A DNA stretch of 64,000 bases from an uncultured Gammaproteobacteria bacterium (GTDB taxonomy: Bacteria; Pseudomonadota; Gammaproteobacteria; JACCXJ01): the NCBI GenBank assembly GCA_963764725.1, contig CAVXTM010000016.1:449186-513185 (forward strand). The letters are read 5' to 3'. The position numbers and the translations under genes were made by a program. The notes under the pieces were generated by a model. That model was given only the letters and a program-made list of their open reading frames with translations, searched no databases and was not told where the DNA came from. Shown here one piece after another: positions 52,012 through 64,000 of this stretch; position 1 is the first letter of the stretch, and each line of letters begins with the position of its first letter.

Positions 52012-52632
52012 TCAAGCGTGCCGCTTCGCCGGGCCCGGATCGATCAGCTCGCCGCGCAACAGGTACAGCGGGGCCGTGTGGTAAAGCTTGATGTCATGAA
52101 ACGGATCCGTGAGAATCTTCGTCAGCCACACCAGTCCGGTCTGCACGCCCTGCAGAAAAAACAGGTGCACCGTCCGGAACAGCAGTCCGCCTAGGCCTAT
52201 CGCGATCCAGAGTACCGCGATGCGGTGCACGAAGTCGGCGGAGCCCGCCTGGAGCTCAAAGAACCCCAGAAGCGTCGGATCAACGTAAAGCGCCAGCGGT
52301 GAGACGGCCCAGATCCCCAGCAGTACAACCTTGCGCCTGAGGTTGTAGCCCACCTTGATCTCTTCCTTGTGTTCGTGTGTTGTCTGATTAACTTCATCGT
52401 AGCCCTTGGGCTCGAAGTAGAAGTGCCCGACCTGCCGGCTGACCATAGCAACCAGCCAGCCGACCAGCGCTGCAGCGGCCGGATCGGTGAACAGCAGCAC
52501 GTAGGTGCATAGAAAGCTGGCCGCGCTCAGTAAATGCAGCGACTGGTTGATGCGGCTGTGGTGGTAATAGCGGTGATCGTCCCACCGCTGCGTTTCTAGA
52601 GCCCGAAGAAAGCTGTTCATAAACTCTCCCAT
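52012..52632 (-). CDS. Mpo1/DUF962-like membrane protein
   Basis: YYHHSRINQSLH and RQVGHFYFE His motifs; several TM segments. Confidence 0.7.
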   Translation of the reverse strand: MGEFMNSFLRALETQRWDDHRYYHHSRINQSLHLLSAASFLCTYVLLFTDPAAAALVGWLVAMVSRQVGHFYFEPKGYDEVNQTTHEHKEEIKVGYNLRRKVVLLGIWAVSPLALYVDPTLLGFFELQAGSADFVHRIAVLWIAIGLGGLLFRTVHLFFLQGVQTGLVWLTKILTDPFHDIKLYHTAPLYLLRGELIDPGPAKRHA

Positions 52633-52673
52633 CTGCGTTAAAAAAACCGAAGGTGCTTTAATACGATCCTTTT

Positions 52674-52768
52674 ATGAAAAAACGATGACAAACAGTTCCT
52701 GTGGTTCTGCGGTGCAGCCGTTGCCGGCGAACCAAATGTAACGCAATCTTCATGTAATCATCACGCAA
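52674..52768. promoter_or_regulatory. Pho-box-like 11-bp-period repeats on both strands of the divergent gap
   Basis: Minus strand TTGTCAT-CGTT-TTTTCAT; plus strand ATGTAAC-GCAA-TCTTCAT-GTAA-TCATCAC. Confidence 0.55.
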
Positions 52769-52877
52769 AAAACACACTTGTCTTGTACTGTTTTTGTACT
52801 GTGTCGAGCGGAAAGAGGGATCCTGTGTGCGGCACGCGCAACTCAATGACTCACGCGCGAAAAGGGGCGACGCACTG

Positions 52878-54138
52878 ATGCCTACTACCTACCCGGCCCG
52901 GTCTCATCACCGCGCTTTACAACAACATCATATTTGTGTCGTTACCGACACCTATCCACCCGAAGTCAACGGCGTGGCACTCACCTTAGCGCGCCTGGTG
53001 GACGGATTGAAAGTATGTGGTCATGCAGTATCGGTGGTGTGTCCGCGCCAGTGGGGTGCTGATGGCCCGAGTTACGGACGCGATCCCGAGGTAACCCTGG
53101 TGCGCGGCGTCCCGTTACCTGGGTATAAGGGATTGCACATCGGCTTGCCGGCGGGAGGGTTGCTGCGCGACTGCTGGACGCAGCACCGTCCAGATGTAGT
53201 GTACGTGGCCACGGAGAGCCTTCTGGGATGGTCGGCAGTACGCACCGCCCAGCGTTTAGGAATACCGGTCTTGAGTGGCTTTCATACCAACTTTCACAGC
53301 TACTCGAGGCACTACCGGGCAGGCTGGTTGCAACATTTAGTCGCCCTCTATCTCCGTTGGTTTCATAACCGGACTGCCGGCACTCTCGTACCCAGCATCG
53401 AGCTCCGGGACCGGCTGCACGCCTGTGGCTTCAAGAATGTCAGTGTCCTCGGCCGCGGTGTCGATAGTGAGCTGTTTACGCCGGCACGCCGCTGTCAGGC
53501 ACTGCGGGAGACCTGGGGCGTCTCGGAGCACGATCTGGTCGTTCTCTATGTGGGGCGGGTGGCACCGGAAAAAAATCTCGGGCTCGCCATCGCCGCCTAC
53601 CGCGCCATGCAAGTGAACAGCAAGTCAATCAAATTTGTAATTGTCGGGGACGGACCGCAGCGTGCCATGTTGCAAAAGGACCATCCCGATCTGCACTTTT
53701 GCGGGGTGCATCGAGGTGAGCAGTTGGCGAGACATTATGCCTCGGCGGACGTATTTCTCTTTCCTAGCGACACGGAAACATTCGGCAATGTGACGCTGGA
53801 AGCCATGGCCAGCGGCTTGGTAGTGGTCGCTTATGACTATGCCGCCGCACACCTGCACATCACGCATGGCGAGACCGGCGTTCTGGTTCCCTACGGCGAC
53901 TCGGAAGCCTTCGTGACCACCGCGACGGATTCTCGCGCACGAGCTGCAGTCGCTGCCCAGAATGCGGTGCCAAGCGCGGGAATACGTGGCCACCCTCGGC
54001 TGGCAGTGCGTGGTCCAACAATTCGAAATGCTGCTGACAGGGGTCCTCGCAAAGCCTCGCGCTGCGTATGGTAGGCGGCGGGTTCTCGTAGGCGCGACGT
54101 CCGTAGGTGTGGGTCGCGGTGTAAACACGCGGCAATAG
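52878..54138 (+). CDS. Glycosyltransferase family 4 (glycolipid synthase-like); probable frameshift near 53930
   Basis: VTDTYPPEVNGV, FHTNF, GRGVD, VGRVAPEKN, ETFGNVTLEAMASG. Confidence 0.88.
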
Positions 54139-54455
54139 GTTCGCCTGAAGAGGAAAAAGGGCGTTAAAAAATCCCATACGTCGGTCAGCGGTGCGGTCGG
54201 GAGCCACCCCGCTCCCGGAGTGTCTCGACCCAGAGAATCGCATCGAAATGCGACAGTCGTGGGACGTCCACAACCGCTCGATTCCGACCCTTAATCAAAC
54301 CGTAACGATCCTCTTGTAGTGTAGGGGGTCAGCGGAAATCATCGGCAGGTCATGACTCGGATGAACGGACAAGCGTATCGGCTCGCCAAGCCGGTGTGGG
54401 CATCCACAAGGATCTGAAAAATAACGGGAGTCGGACCAAACATACGGAGGAACGC

Positions 54456-54815
54456 ATGAATCTACGAAGTCTTTTTGAGCACGCCGGCCACGTGCAAGAG
54501 TTTCAGGCCGGTACAACCATATTTGCGGAAGGAAGTCCCGGCGATGTGATGTATGTTGTTTTAGATGGGGAGGTCGAGGTCTGGGTGCGAAGGGAATTGG
54601 TTGAAGTCGTAGGACCTGGAGAGATTGTGGGAGAGATGGCGCTTATCGATGCGATACCGCGAACCGCCACGACCGTGGCCAGATCGGATTGTCGCTTGGC
54701 GCCGGTCGATGAGCGGCGCTTTCTATTCATGGTGCAGGGCACCCCGTTTTTCGCGCTGCACGTCATGCGGGTACTCGCAGAACGGTTGCGACGTAGAACG
54801 AGGGTTGTAGAGTAG
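54456..54815 (+). CDS. Stand-alone cyclic-nucleotide-binding domain protein
   Basis: IFAEGSPGDVMY..GEMALIDAIPRTAT. Confidence 0.88.
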   Translation: MNLRSLFEHAGHVQEFQAGTTIFAEGSPGDVMYVVLDGEVEVWVRRELVEVVGPGEIVGEMALIDAIPRTATTVARSDCRLAPVDERRFLFMVQGTPFFALHVMRVLAERLRRRTRVVE

Positions 54816-54987
54816 CTCCGAAAATGGGAGGACCTCCGCAGGCTGCAGTGTCAGCGCGGCATACGGACCGGCTTCGACCAGATAGGTCATCCCCTGCTCT
54901 TAAATGAGATAAGGTTTGCGCATCAGCGTTAGGGTCAAGTCGCAACTCCCTCCGCACTGAGAACCGCCCTCAATGTGCCTTTTTTGG

Positions 54988-55011
54988 GAGCCCTCGCAAG
55001 AGGGTTTTTTT
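54988..55011 (+). terminator. Rho-independent terminator
   Basis: CCCTC-GCAA-GAGGG followed by T7. Confidence 0.7.
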
Positions 55012-55143
55012 ACATAGAGAACTACACTAGCTACTTGCAGACTCTGGATTCCCGTACGATAGCCGTGCACTGCGATACTTTGCTCTAACCCAGAAACAGG
55101 CCGTCTAAAATTCTCTTTCGTCCTACCTTCTTCCTTGCTGTCA

Positions 55144-55168
55144 CCGTCATAATAGTTTAATCAAACCG
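55144..55168 (+). promoter_or_regulatory. Pho-box-like site upstream of the second phoX; shares TTAATCAAACCG with 54289..54306
   Basis: CCGTCAT-AATA-GTTTAAT-CAAA. Confidence 0.55.
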
Positions 55169-55241
55169 CGTTACGGTAAGCTCCCTCTGACAAGGGCAAC
55201 GATTCGTGTTGCTCCCCGATTCCATTTCGTAGGAGACAGCC

Positions 55242-55699
55242 ATGACCGACAAGCAGGTAACGTTTTTCTCTCATAATGACGAAGACGCAATAACCAACAC
55301 ATCACATAACCCTTCCTTCGACAGCATTCTGCAAATGCGCCTTTCGCGCCGCCAGTTGCTGCGCGGCACCGCCGGCGCCGCTGCCATGGCGGTCTTCGGC
55401 AGCGTTGGTTTAGGCTCTGCTTGGGCTGCCTGTCAACGGCACGGAGATCAGAGTGTCCGGCCGCATTCCTTGAAGCTTGGTTTTGACGCTGTCCCTAAGA
55501 GTCTGGCAGATGTCGTCACAGTGCCGCCGGGGTACAGCTATGACGTGCTATACCGTCTGGGCGATCCGATCGCCGCTGGCGTCGCCGACTACCTGAACGA
55601 TGGCACGGACGATCCTGCCAGCTTCGCGCAGCGTGCGGGCGATCACCACGACGGCATGAGTTACTTCGGCCTAAGCCCCAATGGTAAGCGCGACGAGAA

Positions 55700-55700
<1 letters not shown>
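55242..55700 (+). pseudogene. phoX: Second PhoX-family phosphatase, N-terminal ~150 aa only, cut at the junction
   Basis: LSRRQLLRG Tat motif, VTVPPGY..GDP, AGDHHDGMSYF, then unrelated sequence. Confidence 0.85.
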
Positions 55701-56711
<1,011 letters not shown>

Positions 56712-56715
<4 letters not shown>

Positions 56716-57178
56716 CCGGCGCCGCCAGGCCCTGGCCGCTGATCCCGGTGTTCGCGCGAGCTCTCCGAGGCGGAGCTGGAGCTGATCTCCAGCAGCCGCG
56801 CGGCCGGTACGGTTCGCGGCACGCGAGCGGCTGTTCCGCGAGGGCCACCCCGCCCAGGGCTGCTGGCTGATCCACAGACGGCTGCGTCGCCCTCGACCTG
56901 ACCGTGCCCGGACGCGGCCAGGTCGTCGTGCAGACCCTCGGCCGTGGCGACGTGCTGGGCTGGTCGTGGCTGGTGCCGCCGTACCGCTGGCAGTTCGGGG
57001 CGGCGAGCGGTGCAGCCGACGACGGCGACCGAACTGGACACCGCGCAGTTGCGCGCCCTCGCCGAGCAGGATCCCGCGGTTCGGTTACACGCTGATGCTC
57101 GACGCTTGTTCGAGGCGGTCGCTGCACCGCCTGCAGGCCACCCGGGCCCGGCTCCTCGATCTCTACCGGAGTCCCTGA
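56712..57178 (+). CDS. cNMP-binding domain protein of the hydrogenase operon; frameshifted
   Basis: [36 protein letters not shown]. Confidence 0.75.
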
Positions 57179-58040
57179 TGACCAGCCCTGACACGTGACC
57201 GGTGGCCGCCGCGAGCCGATGCTGCCGGTGCCCTACCGGGTCACCAGCCGTCACGGCGGAGACGCAGGACTCGGTCACCCTGCGGCTCGATCCGGTCGGC
57301 GAGCCGCTGCCCCCGTTCGCAGCCCGGCCAGTTCACGATGCTGGCGGTGCCCGCGCATCGGGGAGGTCGCCATCTCGGTCAGCGGCGGCCCGCCGTCCTG
57401 GGAGGCCAGCCTGGAACACACGATCCGCGCGGTCGGCGCGGTGAGCCGGGCGCTGCACGACGCGCCGGCTGGGAACGATGCTCGGCGTCCGCGGGCCGTT
57501 CGGCACGACCTGGGATCTGCCGTCGGCCGCCGGGCGCGACCTGGTGATCGTGGCTGGCGGGGTGGGGCTGGCCCCGCTGCGGCCGGTGATGCTCGGCGCG
57601 CTGGCCGAGCGCGGACGCCTACCGCCGGGTCTGCCTGGTCGCCGGCGCCCGGACGCCAGCCGAGTTCCTGTTCCGCGGCGAACTGGACGCCTGGTCCGGC
57701 CGGCCGGACATCGAGGTGGACCTGACCATCGACCAGCCCGCGGCAGGCTGGGACGGCCAGGTCGGGTTCGTCACCGAGCCGCTGGCCCGGCTCCGGCTGG
57801 ACCCGGACCGCACCACCGCGTTCCTGTGCGGCCCCGAGCCGATGATGCGGTTCTGCGCCCAGGTGCTGCTCCGCAAGGGGATCGCGGCGGAGGACATCCG
57901 GCTGTCGCTGGAACGCAACATGCAGTGCGGCATCGGCCTGTGCGGGCACTGCCAGCTCGGGCCGATCCTGGTCTGCCGGGACGGCCCGGTCGTCGGCTAC
58001 GCGCTGGCCGAGTCCGCTGCTGACCATCCGGGAGTTGTGA
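57178..58040 (+). CDS. Hydrogenase gamma subunit (FAD/NAD(P)-binding); frameshifted
   Basis: [47 protein letters not shown]. Confidence 0.85.
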
Positions 58041-58806
58041 TGACCAAGCCGACACTGGCGGTGTGGAAGCTCGCGTCGTGCGACGGCTGCCAGCTGACCC
58101 TGCTGGACTGCGAGGACGAGCTGCTCACGCTGCCCGGCGTGGTGACGATCGCCCACTTCCTCGAGGCATCGTCCGCGGTCCAGCCCGGGCCCTACGACAT
58201 CTCCCTGGTCGAGGGCTCGATCACCACGGCGCGCGACGCAGAGCGGATCCTCCAGATCCGGGAGCAGTCGCGGATCCTGGTGACGATCGGGGCCTGCGCC
58301 ACGGCCGGGGGAATCCAGGCGCTGCGGAACTTCGGCGACGTCGCCGAGTTCACCGCCGCGGTCTACGCCAGCCCGGAATACATCGACACGCTGGCCACCT
58401 CCACCCCGGTCGCGGCGCACGTGCCCGGTCGACTTCGAGCTGCGCGGCTGCCCGATCGACCGCCGCCAGCTCCTCGAGGTGCTGACCGCGTTCCTGGCCG
58501 GCCGCAAGCCCGGATATCCCCGACACCAGCGTGTGCACCGAGTGCAAGCGCCGGGGCCTGACGTGCGTGATGGTCGCGGACGGGACGCCGTGCCTCGGGC
58601 CGGTCACGCACGCCGGGATGCGGCGCGCTGTGCCCCGCCCAGTCCGCGGGGCTGCTACGGCTGCTTCGGCCCGATCAGCGGCGCCGAACGTGCCAGCCCT
58701 GGCCAGCCAGCTGCGGCCGGTGCGGGATGGGTGACGACGCCATCGGCCGGGTCTTCGCCACCTTCAACGCTGCCGCCCCCGGCTTCGCAGACAGGAACCG
58801 CGATGA
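58040..58806 (+). CDS. [NiFe] hydrogenase small (delta) subunit; frameshifted
   Basis: [49 protein letters not shown]. Confidence 0.88.
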
Positions 58807-60098
58807 GCCACACGCAGTAGGAAGCTCGTGGTCAGCGGGCTGGCCCGGGTCGAGGGCGAGGGCGCGCTGCGGGTCACCGTCCGCGACGGCCAGGTCGAGC
58901 AGGCCGAGCTGAACATCTACGAGCCGCCGCGGTTCTTCGAAGCCTTCCTGCGCGGCCGCTCGCTACACCGAGCCGCCGGACATCACGTCCCGGATCTGCG
59001 GGATCTGCCCGGTCGCCTACCAGACCAGCGCCTGCAACGCGATCGAGCAGGCCTGCGGCGCCGAGCTCGACCCGCCGCTGGCGGAACTGCGGCGGCTGCT
59101 GTACTGCGGGGAATGGATCTCCAGCCATGCCCTGCACATCTACCTGCTGCACGCCCCCGATTTCCTCGGCTACCCAGACGCGATCGCTCTGGCCCGCGAG
59201 CACCGCGACATCGTCGAACGCGGGCTGGCGCTGAAAAAGGCCGGCAACGCCCTGATGGAGTTCCTGGGCGGCCGGGCCATCCACCCGGTCAACGTGCGGG
59301 TCGGCGGGTTCTACCGCGTTCCCAGCCCCGGCGAGATTCGCGCCGCTCGCCGAGCAGCTGCGCCGCGCGCTCGACCTGGCCCTGGAGACAGCCCGGTGGG
59401 TGGCCACCTTCGACTTCCCCGACCTGGAACTCGACCACGACCTGCTCGCCCTCCACGATCCCGGCCGCTACCCCATCGAACGGCGGCACCCTGGCCACCA
59501 CAGGCGGGCTGTCGTTCACCGCCAGCGAGTTCCCCGGCCATGTCACCGAGCAGCAGGTCCCGCACTCCACCGCGCTGCACGCCACCCTGGACGGCCACCA
59601 CTACCTGACCGGCCCGCTGGCCCGGTACTCGCTCAACTCCGGCTACCTGTCCCCCGCCGCGCGGCAGGCCGCGGCCGATGCAGGGCTTGGCGCGCAGTGC
59701 CGCAACCCATTCCGCAGCGTCGTCGTCCGCGCCGTGGAGATCGTCTACGCCGTCGAGGAGGCGCTGCGGATCATCGACGGCTACCAGCGCCCGGACCGTC
59801 CCGCGGTGGAGGTGACGCCGCGCGCGGGGACCGGGCACGGCGTCAGCGAGGCACCCCGAGGCCTGCTCTATCACCGCTACGAGCTGGACGCTGACGGCCT
59901 GATCCGGTCGGCCACGATCATCCCCCCGACGTCGCAGAACCAGGCCGCGATCGAAGACGACCTGCGCCGCGTGATCGCAGCCAACCTCGACCTCGACGAT
60001 GCGTCGCTGACGGCCCTGTGCGAGCGGGCCATCCGCAACCATGACCCGTGCATCTCCTGCGCCGCCCATTTCCTGACCCTGACGGTGTGCCGCGGTGA
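58803..60098 (+). CDS. [NiFe] hydrogenase large (alpha) subunit, group 3b; frameshifted
   Basis: ARVEGEG, L1 [25 protein letters not shown]2 DPCISCAAH. Confidence 0.9.
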
Positions 60099-60551
60099 CC
60101 ACCGGGCCGTGGTCATCGGGGTCGGCAACCCGTTCCGCCGCGACGACGGAATAGGCCCTGCGGCCGCCGCCGAGATCGAGCGGCAGCACCTGCCCGGTGT
60201 CCGGGTCGTCATCTCTGACGGTGAGCCCGCCGGCCTGCTGGAGGCGTGGGCTGGCGTCGACCTGGCCATCGTGGTGGACGCCATCCGCTGGGTGCCCGCC
60301 TACGCCCGGCCGCATCCACCGCTCGCCGCCGGCCAACTGGAACGCGGCGGCACCGGCCAGTTCCCATGGGTTCGGCATCCCGGACGCGCTGCGGCTCGGC
60401 GGTGTGCTGAGCGCGCCAGCCCGGCCATCTGGTGATCATTGCTGTCGAGGGGGCCGATTCACCGCGGGACCGGGCTTTCCGCGCCGGTCAACGCGGCCGT
60501 GCCCGCAGCCGTGGCGGCGATCCGGACCGAGCTGACCGGCGCGGGGCCCGG

Positions 60552-60555
<4 letters not shown>
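60095..60555 (+). CDS. Hydrogenase maturation protease; frameshifted
   Basis: [25 protein letters not shown]. Confidence 0.8.
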
Positions 60556-61577
<1,022 letters not shown>

Positions 61578-61760
61578 TCACCGGCCAGCTCGGCGGACCG
61601 TCTCTGCGGCCAGCCTCTGAGCTCTGTAGCCAGCCTCGCTGGCGCGCGCGGTATCTGCCCAACGGCCTTCGGCCCCTTCTGCCAGGCCGTTGGTCCCTGG
61701 GCGGCGCAGCGCGGCAGGGGCAGAGAGTTGAGGAAACGGCAGGCCTGCCTCGGAGGAACG

Positions 61761-64000
61761 ATGACTACTGCACAGCCCGCTACCGGCGTGTACGCGCTCC
61801 TCGCCGATGGGACGACGGCCGAGATCCGTCCGGCCGCCGCCGGCGACTTCGAGGCCGTGCGCGAGATGCACCGGGCGATGTCGCCGGACAACCTGTACCT
61901 GCGCTTCTTCAGCATGAGCCCGGCCGCCGCCGACCAGGAAGCCAGCCGGATCTGCCGGGCACCCGCAGCCGACCACGCCGCCCTGCTCGCCTGGCTGGGC
62001 GGAGCTGGTCGGCGTGGCCAGCTACGAATGCGAGGGGACTTCCGGCTCGGCGGAGTTCGCGGTGGCCGTCGCCGACCATGCCCATCACCGGGGCGTGGCC
62101 ACCCTGCTGCTCGAGCACCTCGTGTCGGTGGCGCGGGACCAGGGGGATGCGGACCTTCACCGCCGAGGTGCTGGCCGAGAATTCCGCGATGCTGAAGGTA
62201 TTCGCCGACGCGGGGCTGCACGCCCGCCGCAGGTGGGCGGACGGCGTCGCTGAGATGGCTTTCGACCTGCCCGGCGACGCAGCGGACCCGGGCTGGGGGC
62301 CCTACCTGGACGCGGTGGCCGATCGGGAGGGCCGGGCGGACGTGGCGAGCCTGCGACCTTTGTTCGCCCCCGGGTCGGTGGCGGTGATCGGTGCTAGCCG
62401 TCACCCCGGAGGAGTCGGCCGGGTGATCTTGCACAACATCATGACCGGGGGTTACGCCGGGCAGGTGTGGGCGGTCAACCCTCAGGCGCACCGATGGAAG
62501 GTGTCCCGTGCGTGCCCTCGCCGGCCGCGCTGCCGGGACCGGTGGACCTGGCGGTGGTGGCCGTCCCGGCGCGGGTAGTGGTGGGCGTCGCTGAGGAATG
62601 CGGCAAACGGGGAGTCAGATCGCTGGTCGTCATCACGGCCGGGCTGGATTCCGCGACCAAGGCGGCCCTGCTGGCCTGCTGCCGGCACTACGGCATGCGG
62701 ATGATCGGCCCCAACTGCTTCGGCGTCGCCGTCCCGGGCATCGCCCTGGATGCCACGTTCGGCGCCAGTCACCCCGCAGCCGGGACGGCGGGCCTGGCGG
62801 TGCAGTCCGGCGGCGTCGGCATCGCCCTGGCCGGGCAGCTGTCCCGGCTGGGCATCGGCATTTCCTCGTTCGCGTCGCTGGGCGACAAGTGCGATGTGTC
62901 CGGGAACGACCTCCTCACCTGGTGGGATCAGGATCCCGCTACGAAGCTCGCCGTGCTGTACCTGGAGTCCTTCGGCAACCCGCGCAAGTTCGGCCACACT
63001 GCCCGCCGCATCGGAGCCCATATGCCGGTCCTCACCGTGCACGCGGGACGCTCGGAGGCCGGGCAGCGCGCCGCCGCCTCCCACACCGCAGCCGCTGCCT
63101 CGCCACTAGTCACTCGCGAGGCACTGTTCGAGCAGGCGGGCATCGTCGCGACACGTGACATCGGGGAACTCCTCGACACCGCGGCCCTGCTGGCCAGCCA
63201 GCCCGTGCCAGCGGGCAGCCGCGTCGCCATCGTGTCCAACGCCGGCGGGGCCGGAGTGCTGGCCGCCGACGCCTGTGCCGACGCCGGCCTGCAGGTGGCC
63301 GTTCTGGGCAGCGGGGTGCAGGATTCGCTCCGTCAGATACTGCCGCCCGGCGCGGAGGTCACCGGGCCGGTGGACACCACCGCGACCGTGACGCCAGAAG
63401 CCTTCCGCCGCTGCCTGGAACAAGTGGCTGCCGATGATGGCGTGGACGCCATCCTGGCGCTCGCCGTGCCCACCGCCGTGGCGGACCTCGTCCCGGCGGC
63501 CTCGTCCACCCGCGTGTCCAAGCCCCTCGCGCTGGCGTTGCTAGGTCAGGCCGAGACCGTGCGGCTGCTGCCCAGCCGACCCGATGAGCGCAGCATGGTT
63601 CCCGCCTATGCCTACCCGCGGAGCGCCGCCCGTGCGCTGGGGCACGCGGCCCGGTACGGGTCATGGCGCGCCCGGCCGCCGGGTCACGTCCCGGAGTTCG
63701 CTGATCTGCGGTCCGACGAGGCACGGGCACTCATTTCGGGGTTCCTGGGACGTTCACCCGGCGGGGGATGGCTGACCGCCGCGGAGACTGCCAAGCTGCT
63801 CATGTGCTACGGGATTTCCGAGGTCGCCACGCGGCTGGTCACCAGCGAGCAGGCTGCAGCCAACGCAGCCGACGAGCTCGGCGGCCCTGTCGTGCTCAAG
63901 GCCGAGGTCGCGGGCCTGGTGCACAAGAGTGACGCCGGAGCGGTCCAGCTTGATCTGCACGGCCGCCGTGAAGTGCGGGCTGGCTACCGCGTGCTGGTCG
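61761..64000 (+). CDS. GNAT plus acyl-CoA synthetase (NDP-forming) fusion; frameshifted, runs off the window
   Basis: LADG..IRP..YLRFFS, VAVIGASR, IGPNCFG, QSGG, LYLESFGNPRKF, SNAGG, HKSDAG. Confidence 0.88.

Noticed and set aside
54925-54935. GTTAGGG as an attC core site
   Set aside because: No matching inverse core at a suitable distance and no integrase in the window.
59990-60435. Hydrogenase large subunit fused to its maturation protease
   Set aside because: A TGA/GTG overlap at ~60095 in a frameshift-rich block indicates two genes joined by an indel.

Overview
Mosaic bacterial accessory region, probably a long-read or metagenomic consensus, with clean and frameshift-rich blocks alternating. 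From left to right: (1) a sugar block of xfp 3' part, glycogen-debranching-like glucosidase, glk, GH15 and an orphan PTS enzyme I, bracketed by two copies of a 66-bp promoter-containing element; (2) a GH38 mannosidase and a GT4, with the mannosidase 3' end duplicated around a small secreted-protein gene; (3) an MFS and an xdhC-mocA-iorAB molybdoenzyme operon; (4) a MarR-RND pump, an ftsH outside its usual context and a second MexEF-OprN-like pump; (5) a copper membrane monooxygenase in the pxm-type A-B-C order, co-oriented with a yellow/MRJP beta-propeller, a GST and a decayed SDR, beside a divergent TetR whose operator/promoter region is duplicated in front of ftsH; (6) small stress genes and cspA; (7) a putative Pho-regulon cluster of phoX, psd, class III aminotransferase, Mpo1-like protein, GT4 and a second phoX; (8) from about 55,700, an abrupt switch to very high-GC Actinobacteria-like DNA with a group 3b [NiFe] hydrogenase, gap and a GNAT/acyl-CoA synthetase, probably a chimeric join. 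Many gene remnants mark block junctions. No CRISPR array, rRNA, tRNA, transposase or integrase was seen. Product calls come from motif recognition; no database search was run.
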